From: an uncultured Trueperaceae bacterium
GTDB taxonomy: Bacteria > Deinococcota > Deinococci > Deinococcales > Trueperaceae
DNA length: 64,000 nt
Assembly: GCA_963727505.1 (NCBI GenBank)
Contig: CAVSGP010000002.1
Location: forward strand, 128,001 to 192,000
Reading direction: 5' to 3'
The notes beneath the pieces are model-generated. The model had not been told where the DNA came from and ran no database searches. It saw only the letters and a list, made by a program, of their open reading frames with translations. The position numbers and the translations under genes are program-made. Shown one piece after another: positions 61,610-64,000 of the stretch. Position 1 is the stretch's first letter. Each line of letters starts with the position of its first letter.

Positions 61610-63343
61610 TCAGCGTCCGCGGTCGAAAGCACGCCGCAGGAATCCGGGGATCCCGGGCCGACGGAAGGCGGACCGTCCGCTCCACAGCAGCCATTCCACA
61701 ACCAATGCCAGCAGCGCCAGCGTCAGCAGGATCCAGGCCAGCGAGCTGGCGGGCGCTTCGCCCAGCAGCGGACGCGCCTCCCCACGGGCGGCCCGGGGCG
61801 TCCCCTTGCCGTCGCTGACGGGCGGCGCCGGGAGACGGGACTCGGCGTCGCTGTCGAGGCTGGCCACCACCACGCCGCCGCCCGGCTCGCGGTAGATGCC
61901 GGGCCGCACTGCATACGAGACGACCTCGCCGCCCAGGGTGGTGCCCGGCTGCAGCGCCGCGCCCAGCGCCACGCTGGCGTCGCCGCGCACCTGACGCAGG
62001 TAGTTGGCCACCAGCGCGGGGAACGCCGCGCGCAGCACCAGGTCCGTCTGGGTGGGGTTGAACGCGGCCTGCAGCACCCGCACGCCGCCGCTGTCGCGGT
62101 AGCGCAACACCGGCTCGAGCTCGGCCGTGCTCGCCAGCGTCTGCCAGCCGCCGGACACGGTCCAGGGCGTGCGCGCGGGGTCGAGCCCCACCACCACGTC
62201 CTGCAGGTCCACGAAGCGCATCAGCGGCGACCCGCGGTCGAACTCTCGCACCACGCGGTACTCCGGTTTGGATGCGGCCGGCGCGAAGAGCAGGTAGCTT
62301 CCCGGCGGCAGCCCCTGCGGGTCCGAGCGGGTCAGCACGCGCAGGTCGGCAGGGATCTGCGCGGCGCTGGCGTTCACCCGCACCGTCACGCCGGGTACTG
62401 CCGCCAGCGCCTTGATGACCGCCTGGTCGCCTTGCTGCACGACCGCCGTCACCTGCCGGGCGCCCGCGTAAGCCTCGTCGTCGAGGGCGAGGGCGTCGCC
62501 CGCCGGGGACCCGGCCTCCACCCCCGCCGGCGGTGTGATGGCGGCGCGGTAGAGGCCCCGGACGTCGGCGAGCGGGAAGGTGATGCTGCCGGTGCCCCCT
62601 GCCGGCACCAGCACCGAGCCGCTCGCCACGGCGGCGCCGTCGCGGGTGAGCGCTACCTGTACCTGGACCGGACGACGGCTGTTCGACACCACTCCCACAT
62701 AGGCCTGCTGGAGGCCCAGGTCGAAGGCGCTGATCCCCACGTTGATCCCGTCCCCGGCCACGTTGTGGTAACGCACCGAGACCCCGCCCACCGCCGCCTG
62801 GTCGGTGATCAGCTCCAACTGAGCCCCGGGCTCGACCGCCTGCCCGATCGCCACTGCGCGCTCCAGGTCGGCGCTGCGGTCGCCCACCGTGAGCTGCTGA
62901 AGGCTGCGCCGCACGGCGCCCCGATCGCCGGTCAACGGCACCAGCACGCGGGCGTCCAGGCCGGCACGGATGACCGCTACCCGGCCCGCGCCGGCGAGGA
63001 GGCGCTCCGCCACCGCTCTGGCCTTGTCGATGCGCACACCGTCGGTGTCGCGCGCCGCCATGCTGGCCGAGGCGTCGAGGATGAGGATGCGGTCGGGGGC
63101 CACGCCGCCCCGGATCTCGGGCCGCGCCAGCGCGAAGGCGGCGAGCGCCACGAAGAGCAACTGGGCCAGCAGCAGCCACGTCGGCGAGACGCGCTTCCGA
63201 CGTTCGGCCGCCTGACGCGCCCGCTGCCACAGGAACAGCGCCGAGACCTGGTGGCGGCGCCGGCGGGCCCGCACGAAGTGCAGCAGGACCACCAGCGGCA
63301 GCGCCAGCAGACCCCACAGGAACTGGGGCGCAGCGAAGCTCAC
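61610..63343 (-). CDS. BatA-domain / von Willebrand factor A membrane protein
   Basis: F..P..LWGLL.LP...LH, LL....A.ALARP; MIDAS DASASM; C-terminal TM ending EW.L. Confidence 0.88.
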   Translation of the reverse strand: MSFAAPQFLWGLLALPLVVLLHFVRARRRRHQVSALFLWQRARQAAERRKRVSPTWLLLAQLLFVALAAFALARPEIRGGVAPDRILILDASASMAARDTDGVRIDKARAVAERLLAGAGRVAVIRAGLDARVLVPLTGDRGAVRRSLQQLTVGDRSADLERAVAIGQAVEPGAQLELITDQAAVGGVSVRYHNVAGDGINVGISAFDLGLQQAYVGVVSNSRRPVQVQVALTRDGAAVASGSVLVPAGGTGSITFPLADVRGLYRAAITPPAGVEAGSPAGDALALDDEAYAGARQVTAVVQQGDQAVIKALAAVPGVTVRVNASAAQIPADLRVLTRSDPQGLPPGSYLLFAPAASKPEYRVVREFDRGSPLMRFVDLQDVVVGLDPARTPWTVSGGWQTLASTAELEPVLRYRDSGGVRVLQAAFNPTQTDLVLRAAFPALVANYLRQVRGDASVALGAALQPGTTLGGEVVSYAVRPGIYREPGGGVVVASLDSDAESRLPAPPVSDGKGTPRAARGEARPLLGEAPASSLAWILLTLALLALVVEWLLWSGRSAFRRPGIPGFLRRAFDRGR

Positions 63344-63519
63344 CGTCCCCGACCCCGCCCGGGGCTCCCCATCATCCCCTGTGCAGCAACGACGCCGTCC
63401 ATGCCCGCCCAGTGTAGCGCCCACCTGAAACGCGCACGACACCGGCGGCCGGCCTGCACGGGTATAGCTGGTGCATCGACGGTACAGGGAAGAAGACGTC
63501 CTACCCCTGGAGGTGATCC

Positions 63520-64000
63520 ATGAAGACGCAGCCCGACCCCCTCCCCATCGGCGCCGACGCTCCGCCCTTCGATCTGCCCGCCGCCGACGGGCGCCGCCAC
63601 CGTCTTCAGGACTTCGGCGCTGAGCTGTTCGTCTATGTACAGGCGTGCAACCACTGCCCCTACGTGGTGGCCAACGTCGAACGGCTGACCCGCCTCGCCC
63701 GTGACTATCGGGGGAGCGTCGATGTCGTGTTCGTCAACTCCAACGATGCCGAGACGCACCCCACCGACGACGTCGAAGCGATGCGCGCCTTCGCGCGGGA
63801 CCACGACCTACCCTTCCCCTACCTCCGCGACTCCGACCAGAGCGTGGCGCAGGCGTACCGTACGCAGCGCACGCCGGAGGTCCTGGTGTTCGATCGGGAG
63901 CGGCGACTGCGCTACCACGGCCGCATCGACGACAGCCCCAAGGACCCCGACGCAGTCACCCAGAACACCCTGCGCAACGCATTGGACGCAATCCTGGCAG
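63520..64000 (+). CDS. Thioredoxin-fold / peroxiredoxin-like protein (partial)
   Basis: Not in the ORF track. GGAGGTGA RBS; APPFDLP, CNHCPYV, NSND, FPYL.D..Q.VA.AY...TPE, YHGRIDD. Confidence 0.9.
   Translation, partial: MKTQPDPLPIGADAPPFDLPAADGRRHRLQDFGAELFVYVQACNHCPYVVANVERLTRLARDYRGSVDVVFVNSNDAETHPTDDVEAMRAFARDHDLPFPYLRDSDQSVAQAYRTQRTPEVLVFDRERRLRYHGRIDDSPKDPDAVTQNTLRNALDAILA

Noticed and set aside
63502..63515. TACCCCTGGAGGTG as a second CsoR-like box
   Set aside because: The right half is the Shine-Dalgarno sequence and the symmetry is poor.

Overview
A very GC-rich, gene-dense core-genome window from a Deinococcota bacterium, probably Truepera-like (family is inference). Lineage markers: Nqo15, an SLH/coiled-coil/beta-barrel SlpA, a Thermus-type long HPF (MNIYKLIGRN), HU with GVKPGT, and many -10-only leaderless starts. 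It holds about 57 CDS, mostly housekeeping: lnt, trkAH, acs, ispF, sufCBD plus a Rieske protein, uvrA, hup, sdaAB/AA, ndh, suhB, cysK, NSAR/OSBS, split mnmC, nqo15, pcrA, minDE, hpf, slpA, thyX, rlmH and rodA. I saw no rRNA, tRNA, CRISPR array, integrase or transposase. The best candidate for an undescribed system is a MalT-like STAND/LuxR activator lacking its sensor domain, followed by phased TCACCC/TCATCC boxes and a two-gene DUF4342 operon (20790-23299). Other notable items: a secreted matrixin-like protein with every zinc ligand replaced, next to a decayed rhomboid remnant; an Asp-less receiver/coiled-coil protein near minDE; a mini WYL-like ORF coupled to suhB; stacked palindromes (including a CsoR-like box) at the suf promoter; a ~200-nt slpA leader with a second perfect SD and in-frame TTG; and att-like repeats after rlmH. 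All family assignments come from motif recognition by eye; no searches were run.
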